Origin: Sminthopsis crassicaudata
Taxonomy: Eukaryota
Length of the DNA: 64,000 nt
Direction of reading: 5' to 3'
Assembly (NCBI RefSeq): GCF_048593235.1
Contig: NC_133618.1
Span: 28,554,478-28,618,477, forward strand
This document shows, in pieces, positions 11,041 through 21,150 of the stretch. How positions within the stretch are numbered: position 1 is the stretch's first letter; every line of letters begins with the position of its first letter. The notes under the pieces are model-generated. The model saw only the letters and a list, made by a program, of their open reading frames with translations, was not told where the DNA came from and made no database searches. The translations under genes were made by a program, and so were the position numbers.

Positions 11041-14000
11041 GGCTCAGCTGGGGAGCGGCCCGGGAGGAGGACAGGGCTGGGGAGGAGGACCGGGCTGGGG
11101 AGGAGGACCGAGCTGGGGAGGAGGACCGAGCTGGGGAGGAGGACCGGGCTGGGGAGGAGGACCAGGCTGGGGAGGAGGATCGAGCTGGGGAGGAGGACCG
11201 GGCTGGGGAGGAGGACCAGGCTGGGGAGTGGGTGTCCGGTAGAGTGTCAGCCTGGTGAGGAGCGGAGAAAGGGGGAGACCCGAGGAGGAGGAAGCTGGAG
11301 GAGGTGGAGACCACCTTCTAGGAGGATTACGGGAGGAGGGATGGGGATGACCCGGGGACTTGACCCTGTCAGAGCGTTGGGCATGAATGCTTCTCGCGGC
11401 TTTGGAGAATCAACTCAGAAATCATGTCAAATCAGTATTCCCATGTTCTGCCCCGAAGGAGGCGATCTTCCCCCCCCCCCCCCCCCCCCCCGTCTCCGGA
11501 GAGCTCTGTCTCTCCCTGCCCCCCCCCCCAATCAGGGTGCCGCTTTGCTCCGGGTCCACTCCAGCATCAGGGCTCCTGCATTCAGGGCCAACCCCAACCG
11601 TCTCCTTCCTAGGTTAAATCATGCAGTGCTCCAGAACAGCTGTAGCCCCCCATTTTCTGCTACTACTAAGGCTTGCAAAGCTCTTTACAAATCTCATCCC
11701 TTTAAATCTTCACAACAAACTTGGGAGGTAGGTACTAACATTATCCCCATTTTATAGATAGGGAGACAGAGGCCGGCAGAAGTTAGGGGACTTGCCCAGG
11801 GTCACCTGACTATTAAGTGTCTTCTGCTGGATTTGAACTTAGGACTTCCTGATTCTGGGCCCAGTGCTCTAGCCCTTGTATCATCCAGCAACTCCATCAG
11901 TCCTAAACCGCTCTGGGATTCAAGGTTCCCTCCTTGTGATCTTAGTAAAAGTAGTTTTTTTCTATTCCCCCCCCATTTTCCCTTCTTGTTACATCTTCCC
12001 TCCCTTTTCCCTTTCTAGAAATCCCTTCTTGTTACATCTTCTCCCCCTCTTTCCCCTTCCTTCTAGAAAATTAATAAGCCACTAGAGCTGTAGACCTGCA
12101 GTCTAACTGACCCTGAGGTGAACAGCGATTGCTCAGCTTGTGGGCCCTCCCCCCCGGCCCCCCCCCACTCAGTCTGAACCAGGGGGTCCAACCTAGAGGC
12201 GATTTTGTTTTTATCCCGATTTTAAATTCTGAATTTACATCGAACCAAAGATACCTAAGCTGGGTGATCCTGGGCCCATCACTTAAACCTGTCCGCTCCA
12301 GTTTCCTCCACTGTAAAAAGGAAGTAACAGTGACATTTCCCAGGGTCATGGTGAGGTTCAAATGAGATAAATCAGGTCAATAAGCATTTATTGAGCATCT
12401 ACTGTTTGCCTGAACTAAGCCCCTAGGATACAAAGAAAGGCAAATGCAATCTGTGGAAGGTCACGGTCTAATGGGGAAGACTCCAAGTGAATAACTAGGC
12501 CGAAGCAAGATAGAGACAGGATAAGTTGGATGGAATCTCTGAGGGGCTTCCCTAGCATTTGGGGGGCTTCCTGCCTAATTTAGATTTTAGTTGAGGTTGG
12601 AGGTTTGGATGTCATCTCTGAGGAGCTTCCCTAGCATTTGGGGGGGCTTTCTGCCTAATTTAGATTTTAGTTGAGGGGGGCATCTAGGTGGCGCAGTGGG
12701 TAGAGCACAGCCCTGAATTCAGGAGGACCCAAGTTCAAATGTGGTCTCAGACACTTAACACTTCCTAGCTGTGTGACCCTGGGCAAGTCACTTAACCCCA
12801 GCCTCAGGGGGGAAAAAAAAAAAGATTTTAGTTGAGGCTGGAGGCTTAGATGGCATCTTGAGGGGCATCCCTAGCATTTGGGGGGATTCCTGCCTGAAGT
12901 TAGGTTTTAGTTGAGGCTGGAGGTCACAAGTCTGGAAGGCTAGCAGGGAAAATGCCAAAGACTTGCCCGGTGGAATGTTTTATTCAAAGACCCTCTGGGG
13001 ACAATACCTGTAAAGGGTTTGGTAACTTTAAAGTGCTAGATACAAGTTAGCTTTTATTATGGAACTCTCTGGAGTTTGGAGTCTGGAATAGGAGGCTCAG
13101 TTCCCCTCCCACCTGCACCCCCTGCTTACTGGCTGTGATCCTGCGCAAGTTAATTAACCTTTGTGTACCTCCATCCACCCTGCAGGACTTCCCTCTCTGA
13201 CAATCTGCATTTGTAGGGAGAGTCTACCCCAGCGGGGAGGGGATCTAGCAGCCCCCAAAAGGAATGGTGGATTGTCTCATGGGGAATCCTCCAGGGACAG
13301 CTTCACTTCATGCAAGGAGTTGGAAGGGACCCCAAAGGTTTAGTCCCAAGGACCCTAAAACAGGTCGTCCTCCAGCCGTGCTCAGAGCCCTCCGGGGAGG
13401 GGGAGCAGGTCCCCTCCAATTCTGGGAGTCTAATGGTTAGCAGGTTTTCCCGATAGTCATCAGCAACTTGATTCTTGGTACCTTAAGGGCTGGCTCTGTT
13501 ATCCCGGAGCAAACAAGGCAAGTCTATCACTAGACACAAAACTTTTGTAGTCTGTCTTGCAAACCTTGTTTTCCCAGGCTTTTCCCTGCTTCCTCTTGTT
13601 TGTTTTTCTAGGGTTGTATCTTCTTGATCTCTCACTCTGTCTTGTCTCTCTTCCCTTTCTCTCTATAATATTCTCTCATTTTCCTCTTACTTCCTCCTCT
13701 TCTCCCTCTCCTTTCCCCTCCTCTTCCCTCCCTTTTTTCCTCCTTCCTCCTGCTCTTTCTCTAATTTTCTTTCTCTCCTTCCTCTCTTGTTTCTCCCTCC
13801 CTCTTTCTCTTTCCCCTTTCTCTTCCTCCCTCCCTCCTCTTTTCCCTTCCTCTTCCACCTTCCCTCTTTCTCTTTCTCTGTAATACTCTTATTTTCTTTT
13901 CTTTTTTCCCTTACCTTCCCTCTTCCTCCTCCTTCTTTTTTCCTTTGTCTCCTCCCCTTCTCTTCCTCTCTGTCTCTCTCCCTCTGTCTTTGTCCCTCTC

Positions 14001-17000
14001 ATTTTCTCTCTAGGTCTCTCCTCCATTTCCACCCCCAGGTCTTGTACGTGTCTGACCCCCCCTCCCCCCATGCCTCCTTTCTCTGCCTCTTAGAAGCCTT
14101 TTTCTCCTTCAAAGTTTGGCTCAAGCCCCCCTACTCCATATGGGGGAGCCCATTCTGAACTTTCCTCCTCTTATTACCTTATTTTTATGATCTCCTTGTA
14201 CATATAAGTGTTTTTTGTTGCTCACCTACCCACCCAACCCTAAGAAACCCAAGCTTCTAGGTTTGGTAAACTCCCTGAGGACAGGCACTGTTTCAGTTTC
14301 CATCCCTTAGGGCATCATAAATGCTCATTGGCTGATTAAGTCTGATCCCTCTTCCAATTTTCCTTAGTCTTTTTTTTCCCTGGCCACAAAATCCTTCTTT
14401 GACAGTATTTGGAAATTGTGAGACCCAGGACTAAAGATGACCCTCCAAACCCAGCCTGACCAGGCTTAAGAGTATTGGAGAGCTATCTCCCTATGCTGAG
14501 AGGGAGTTTTTAGTCCTGAATCACTCTCCCTTGGCTAGCATAATGGCTAGTATACAGTAGGTGCTTAATAAATGCTTATAGCTTGACTACAAACACATCC
14601 TATTAACCCTCATTGTGTTGCTTGGGTGAAATGAGATCATAGATAAAGTGCCTTATAAATAAATGCTGTTAGTAATTGCTTCTATTAATGCCATTGTTAA
14701 ACAAAACCTAATTCTAATTAGACTTGTAAAAGTTTTCTGGGGCAGATTAGTAAACAATCCTATTTTCTAATCTGATGAGTTGCTTATAATTCCGGGAGAC
14801 TCATTGTGTTGTGGGGATGTAATGAGATCACAGATAAAGCACTTAGCAAACTTTCAAGTGCCACATAAATCTGTCAATAATTGCTTCAATAAGTGCTATT
14901 ATTAAGCAAAGTCTAATTCAAATTAGGCTTTTAAAAGTTTTCTAGGGCAGATTAGTTGCTAATCTGTTCAGCAGCTCCTGGAAGGCCTCTCCCCTTCCCT
15001 TGGACTCCTGGGTCAGTCCTGGAGTTTGGGGATCAGTTGGCCTGCTTCCCCACTTGGTGGGCCACTTCCCCACCTCTCTTCTCTGCCACAGCTGTCTTAA
15101 TTAAGCCCTCTAGCCTTTCTACAAATATCTCCCTGCTCTCTAAACATCTGGAGGTCGGAGCTAGTTAAATCTTCCTGGTCAGCTGATCCGAGACAACCCC
15201 CTGGGCTTTTCCTGGTGTGGGGCCGCTGGAGAGAACAGGGGAAAAACCCAATTAGTTCAGGTTGGTTCCTTTAGCAGCACCTGCTTTTCCGGGCAGCAGG
15301 CTGGGAGCTGAGGCCCAAGTCTTTGGAAGCCCAGGGAGAGAGTTTCTGATTTCTCCATTTTGGCTTTTAGGGAATGTCTAGGCCAGAGCCTCCAAAAGGG
15401 AAACTGAGCCTAGTCTAGAGCTTTGCACACAGTAGGCTTCTCAATCTGCATTTATTGTTCACAGTAGACTGCTGGATGTGTGTGTGTTTGGTTGGTTTGT
15501 TGAATGAAGAACAGATTTCCCCTGAGTCTCAGTGCTTGGCAGGGATGAGCAGATCCCTCTGACTGAGGACCCGGGAGATCTCTCTCTCTCCTTTTCCTCC
15601 CCAAAGTTCAGTGATGGCAGTAGCGCTTTCTCCCCCGCCCTTGGGCACTTCAGGATTCCTGCTTTTGGAAAGTCCGGGTTCAAGGCCTGGCTCCTCCCTC
15701 TGTTATATCGTTTCTTGGTGATTATTTTGCATACCTTTAATTTTTAACAATTCCTTAGTCAACAAACATGTATAAAGTCTTTATTATGTGCCTCAAACTG
15801 AGGGCATACACTAGACTAGTCCCTGCCCTCCCTCACTTGGATACTTAGGTCTATGAGACGTGAATAGATGGAAGGTAATCTGAGAGGGGACGCACTAAGA
15901 GTTGTGAGGACCTGGAAGGGCTTCCTGAGGAATTTGGACAGTTTTAAAATGAACCAGGAAAGCTAAAGGTGGGGCCCGGAGGAAGAGCCGGCGTCCCTCC
16001 AGGTGTGGGAAAGCCATGTCCAGGGAGATGGACGTGGGTTTCAGGACCTCCTTCATGGCGCCAGTGAGTGGCTTTAAATGACCGATTTCTCCCTCCTAGG
16101 CCTGGAGCTGCCTGACCGTGTGGCCCTGCAGGGCCCCCTGACCTGGGGCCAGGCGGACTATCTGAGTAAGATAAATGGCACCCCCAAAGCAAGCCGCAAG
16201 AGGAGCCGGACGGTGTTCAGCTCCGAGCAGCTGGACGAGCTGGAGAAGGCCTTCCTGAAGCAGCCATACCTGGTGGGGATGGAGCGGACCCAACTCTCTC
16301 AGCAGCTGCATCTCTCCGAGACCCAGGTGGGAAGCCCCAGTCCTGGTCCCCCCCCTTCCTGCCCGTACCTTGGCGGAGGATGGACTTCTTGTGTGTGACC
16401 CCAGAACTTCACCGGGTGCCCCTCTCCCCTCCCCCGGAGATGAGCTTAGCTGGGCCACGATGGTCCGTCGCCCTTTCAGTCAGCGATCGCCCCATCCCAG
16501 TGTTTGTTCCATTGCAGAGTCAGCAGCCCTCCTTATATATGAAAGGGACCTCCAGAGCAGGCTTGCGGTGCAGGAGCTCGGAGGGAAGGCCAGGGGAAGT
16601 TGGCTGTGGGGACATTCAGGAGAGAGAAGGCGGCAGGGCCGTTCTGAGTTAGGTTGTGGAGAGCTCGAGTGCCAGCTTCAGCAGACTCCAAGATACCTCC
16701 CAGAGCCAAGCCCAGATAACTGCCCTCCTGTCCATGCCCCTTCTTTCTCTTCTGTGAGCGTGACCCAGAGCTCCTCTCGCTCCGGAGAGCTGGGGGTTCA
16801 GTTTGTGACCTCTGGTTCTACCCTCTTCCGACACAGGTGAAAGTGTGGTTCCAGAACCGCAGGATCAAGGGTCGGAAGCAAAGCCTGGAACAGAAGAAAA
16901 AAAAGCTGTCCTTTTCCCCACCCAGGTCACCCCAGGAACCCAGCAGCAGCAGCGAAGACAAAGACGGTACGTTTATGCTGCCAGCCGAAAGATGCCCCCC

Positions 17001-17103
17001 TTTGGTTCCCACTGACTCAGTTATGTCCTGGTGTGATGGGGGTTCCAGTGGTCTGGCTGGGTCTCTTTCCCTTCTCTCCCTCTCCTGCCCCCTTTTGGGG
17101 TAA
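10627..17103 (+). CDS. NOTO: Notochord homeobox protein (Not family), 3 coding exons, 268 aa
   Basis: Exons 10627-10939 (ends AAG|GTAAGG), 16100-16326 (ctag|G ... CAG|GTGGGA) and 16837-17103 (acag|GTG ... TAA); phases 1/0 are consistent. N-terminal eh1 repressor motif FSIDAIL. Q50 homeodomain RKRSRTVFSSEQLDELEKAFLKQPYLVGMERTQLSQQLHLSETQ|VKVWFQNRRIKGRKQ with the usual intron between positions 44 and 45. Lies directly upstream of SMYD5, as NOTO does in eutherians. Confidence 0.92.
11047..11228. repeat. 18-bp G-rich minisatellite (GGGAGGAGGACCGGGCTG), about 9.5 copies, NOTO intron 1
   Basis: Directly visible tandem array starting about 110 nt after the exon 1 donor. Confidence 0.95.
11690..11890 (-). 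mobile_element. MIR/CORE-SINE remnant
   Basis: attatccccattttatagatgggagacagagg...gacttgcccagggtcac...ggatttgaacttagg. Confidence 0.65.
12536..12923. repeat. 79-bp tandem triplication interrupted by WSINE1
   Basis: Units start at 12536, 12615 and 12856 (tctctgaggggcttccctagcatttgggggg...ttttagttgagg.tggagg). Confidence 0.9.
12677..12822 (+). mobile_element. WSINE1 (CORE-SINE), young full-length copy
   Basis: tRNA-like A/B boxes (GGTGGCGCAGTGG; AAGTTCAAAT), CORE segment gctgtgtgaccctgggcaagtcacttaacccc and poly(A). TSD agattttagttgagg at 12662-12676 and 12823-12837. Confidence 0.9.
13560..14170. repeat. About 600-bp CT-rich polypyrimidine low-complexity tract
   Basis: Nearly pure C/T on the plus strand from about 13640 to 14110. 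Confidence 0.9.
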
Positions 17104-20089
17104 CGCTCAAGGGTCACTGAGACCCTCCCCCCTGCCTTTAAATTTCATTTCTGTGTCCCTTCCTGGGAAATGGAAAGTTTGTCTACCTCAGGTCTGGCAT
17201 CCCCCTTTGACAGAAGGGAGAGCAAAGAGCAGAAAGTGGGAAAGGACAGTCCAACAAGTATTGAGCACTTACAGGATGCCTCATTTCCTATCGTATCTCT
17301 TGCCTTACACTGTTCTAATCTCTTATCTGCACAAGGCAGTTTTTGCCACCTTTGTCTGCCTAAGTGAGGCTGACTGTCCCAGCAGTGGGTCATAGTTCTA
17401 GAATCCTCGATACCAGAACTTGGGACAAATCACTTTAACTGGCTCGGACCTCAATTTCCTCAAATGCAAAGAAGGGAGAAGATGCCCTCTGAATGACTTT
17501 ATATTTGGGAACTTAGCTCACCGAAGCAGGCCTGGGAAGGAGAATGAGGAAACTGAGGCAAATGGGTTTAGGCAATTTGCCCAGAATCATGCAACTAGTC
17601 AGGGCCTGAGGCTGGATTTGAACGTGACTTTTCCTGATTCCAAGTCCACCTAGCTTCATTCGGTGACTTTCTTAAGGCTTAGTTTCTTCAGTTGTAAAAT
17701 GAGGTTAGGAGGAGATGCCTTCTGAGGGTTCCCACCTTCTGCCCGTCTTAGAGGGGAAGCACTTCTTGTCCTTCGGGACTGTGTTTGGGAGTGGGCTGAG
17801 TCCTGTCCTCTCTAAGGGTTAATTCCTGCCGAGTCCCTGTAAAATGCAGGTGGAGAAAGGAAAGGGGCCCGCTGCTAACTCAGGCTGCAGGTGTGTCTAT
17901 TGGTCCCCTGGGCTGGGCGAAGGCCTCCTGACTTGGCCTCTCAGCTGAAGGCTGGCTTCCCCCAGCTCAGAGGGAGGGGAGGAAGGAAGCATTTAACCCA
18001 TTCTTGACTGGGCCATTTTTCTCTATCCTTCTCCCCCAGATCCCATCTTGCCTCCTTCCTAAAAGCTTGAGGAGCGAGTATTTCCCGGAAACCCCAGTTT
18101 AGAGAAGGAAGGGCGAGGGACTAGCTAGGAACTGAGTCGGCCTCCAAGATGGAAGGTCGCTTAGGGGAAGCTGTTCTCCTGTTCTCATTTCACCACCTCG
18201 CTTTGGGCGGGCCATGGCTCGTTTATGGACTCGAATTGTACAGTAACTGCTGCTGTATTTTTAGGATGCCCAAAGGAATCTGCGTCTTCCAGAACGGCCA
18301 GCGGTTATCCTTGTCCTGTCCTCCAAACGGCGGCTCGGCCTTGTGAGTCCCGCTTGGCCCCCAGCCTCCCTGGGAGTCTCCGAGATGAAGGCTGTGGCTC
18401 GAAGCCCTTTGTCCCCCTGGAAGGGCCACGGGGAGGCACGTCGGGCTCTGCAGAGCTCCAAGGGAAGCCTTTCAAAGCCGGACTGGCCACACTGGTCCTC
18501 TCAGCCAAGCGTCTTCAGCAGTCCAGTGCCACGGGCATTAAATGTTGATGATCCGTGTCCAGCCCGAGTGCTGGATGGAGACACTGCGGAGTCTCGACTG
18601 ACATTTAGAGTTGAAGGAGTCTGGGCCAGCAACTCCAGCAGCTCCCAAAGAACAAGATAAAGATCTTCATGTCATCTGGGAGTTTTCCACACAGGGAGAC
18701 CCTCCCTTTGGGGAAATCACTGGCTGGAACTGCTAAGGAAAGCTGCCAGGCTCTGTGTACACAACAGGCTCCCTGCCCTTCCGAAGCTCTCTACTGGGGT
18801 TGGGGGGTGAGAGAAGGGGAAGTGGGAGGGCAGGGGATGGGTAGATAAGGAAATGAAGAGTGGCTCTGTGATCTGGGTGCTCCCTTCACTCCTCTGTCCA
18901 TTGCCACCCCCTCACCCCAGCCCAGCTTTGGATCCCAGTGGCCGGGGGGACATCTCCAGTGGGATGCCTTGTAGTATCTCAAGCTGAACATGTCCGAAAG
19001 TCCCTCCCCCTTTCCAAACTTATCTATTTGTGGTTGGGCCTTCCTTGACTCCCGGACACTGGCAGTCACCCCACATATTCCATGGACTGCCAGGTCTCGT
19101 CCTGCCCACCTTCACCCCCTGTCTCCCACGTCCCCTTCTCCTCACTCAAACCGCGCCCCTCCCCCACCATCTCCCCTCCACACTTCTACAAGAGCCAGAA
19201 CATTGCTCTGCCAGGTGGCTCCTGAGCAAGTGTGCTTGAAAGCCCCCAGCCTCTCAGGTGTCCCCGCCCCAGAGCCCAGAGGAGAGTAGTTATGTTCTGG
19301 GGACCGGGCCTGCCAGGGGAATGAAAATGGGGATGTCGCTCCAGGCCCATTTATAGTAAATTGTAACTTTTGTCCTGGATGTTCACCTTTTTGCTAAATT
19401 ATGAAATCTAGAGGATTTTATAGGAAAGATAAAATAAAATTTTCAAATAAAAAAAAAAAAAAGGCTCTATCCAGAGTAGGTTTGACTTTAAAGTGCTTAT
19501 GTAAAGACAGCTGTGTCATTCCTAATCTCAGTGTGAGCGGGGAGTTTCTTAACTAGTCCACAAGCCTTTAATAAGCTCTTACTATGTGCAAGACCTGACC
19601 ACGGAGGTGGCCGGAGATCTCATTCTAAAGGGGGAGAGCTGGAATGGGATCTGGGCTGAGTTTGGAAAGAAGCTGAGGAAATCAAGGGTTAAGTAGGTTT
19701 TGTTAAAAAATTTAAAACACAAGTCTCGGGGACAGGGAGCCATTTGCGTTCAGCAATTTTGTTCCATCCGGAGACAGGAATCCAAGGAACTGGTTTTCAC
19801 CTGGAGGGTTCCATGCTGCTTGGGGGAGTGGGGGGAGAGGCCCAGAGCAGGCAGGTGACCTGGGGACAGGGAAGCCCCTTTAACACCGCCCTGGAGGGGA
19901 GAGTCCAGGGCGCCGGAGAAGGGGCAGGTCCGGGAGGATCTCTCAAGTGGGGAGGGGGTCGGGAGGGAGGGACGCCGGAGCCGTTAGCTGGGGAGGAGAG
20001 AGGGAAGGACAAGAGAGAGAGGAGGAGGAGCTGCTGGGGATGCTGAGGAGGCTGGAGCCCGTGAGATACCCGCCCCTCATGTGAATGAC

Positions 20090-21150
20090 CTAGCGGGGGC
20101 GTGGCCATGGGAGAGGGGCGGGCCAGAGAGCTGGCGAGGGTGAGGAACTCAGGAGGGGCGGGGTCAGAAGCTGGGGGGCGTGGCCATAAAGCCGAAGTAG
20201 GCAGGATTTAGAGAGGGGCGTTACCACAGGACTGAGGAGGGCGGGGCCAGAGAGCTAACGGGAGCAGGGAGGTTAGAGACGGAAAGAGGGGGGTGTGGCC
20301 ACAGGGCCAGAAAACTAGAGAACGAGGGGGCGGGGCCAGGAAGCTAGAGGGGGCGGGGTTAGGGTTAGGAGAAAGAAGCGAGAAAAAGAGACGAGAGAAT
20401 GACAGATAGAGCTAGAAAGCGAAGTGGGCGGGAGAGCGGAGCCAAAGAAGGGGGAGGTGGAGCCATGGGGAAGGGAGAAGCGGGTGCGGAACTTGGTGGG
20501 AAGGGTGGGCAGGGTCGGGGAGAGACCGAATGAGAGCGGGAGGGCGGGGCCAGGCCCTTGGGCCCTCAGTACGCGGAGTCCAGGAGCAGAACAGCGCATG
20601 CGCAAGGAGAATTGGACAGCGCGGGGTTAAGTGTCAGAGGGCGGTGCCAGCGCCCCTCCAAGATGGCGGCCTCCATGTGCGACATGTTCTCCTTCTGCGT
20701 GGGCGCGGCGGGCCCGGTCCGGGGGCCCGTAGAGGTCCGATTCGTAAGCAGCGCTAAGGTGAGGCGGGCCCAGAGCCCAGCCGCCCCCGCCCCCTCCGGG
20801 GACCTCGTCCCGGCTCCGGCTTCCCCGTCTCAGCCCTTCCTCCACTTCCGCCGCCGGCGGCCCCCTGCCGCGGGGCCCAGATTTGGGTCTGGGCTGAGAC
20901 TGCGTCTGGGCCCTGCGCCAGCCGGCCCGCGGATGCCCGGCGCTCTCCGCCCTCCCCGCCCCCACCCCTCGCACCCGTCCGTCTGCAGGCCTCTTCCGTT
21001 CCCAAGGAGTGGCTCCGTCTCTCCCGACGCCGGGCGCAGGCCTGGGCCGTTCTCCCAGCAGGCCCCGTTTCCTTTGGCAGCCCGGTCCCTCCGGCCGCCG
21101 CCCAGATTTCCTCAGAACCCCCTCCCCCTCCTCACGGAGGCCTGGTGGTG
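20090..21150 (+). promoter_or_regulatory. SMYD5 CpG-island promoter (Sp/KLF cluster, NRF1, YY1)
   Basis: About 9 GGGCGG/GGGCGTGG/GGGTGTGG boxes at 20095-20360; NRF1 palindrome GCGCATGCGC at 20594-20603; YY1 motif CAAGATGGCGGC at 20659-20670 overlapping the start codon. Confidence 0.8.

Noticed and set aside
19433-19462. AATAAA plus A-run as the NOTO poly(A) site
   Set aside because: Equally explained as a retroelement poly(A) tail; the NOTO 3' end is left unassigned.
17100-19700. Search for a second Not paralogue or remnant (birds have tandem Not genes)
   Set aside because: No WFQN-type homeobox fragment found by eye here or upstream of NOTO; a sensitive tblastn would be needed to exclude a decayed copy.
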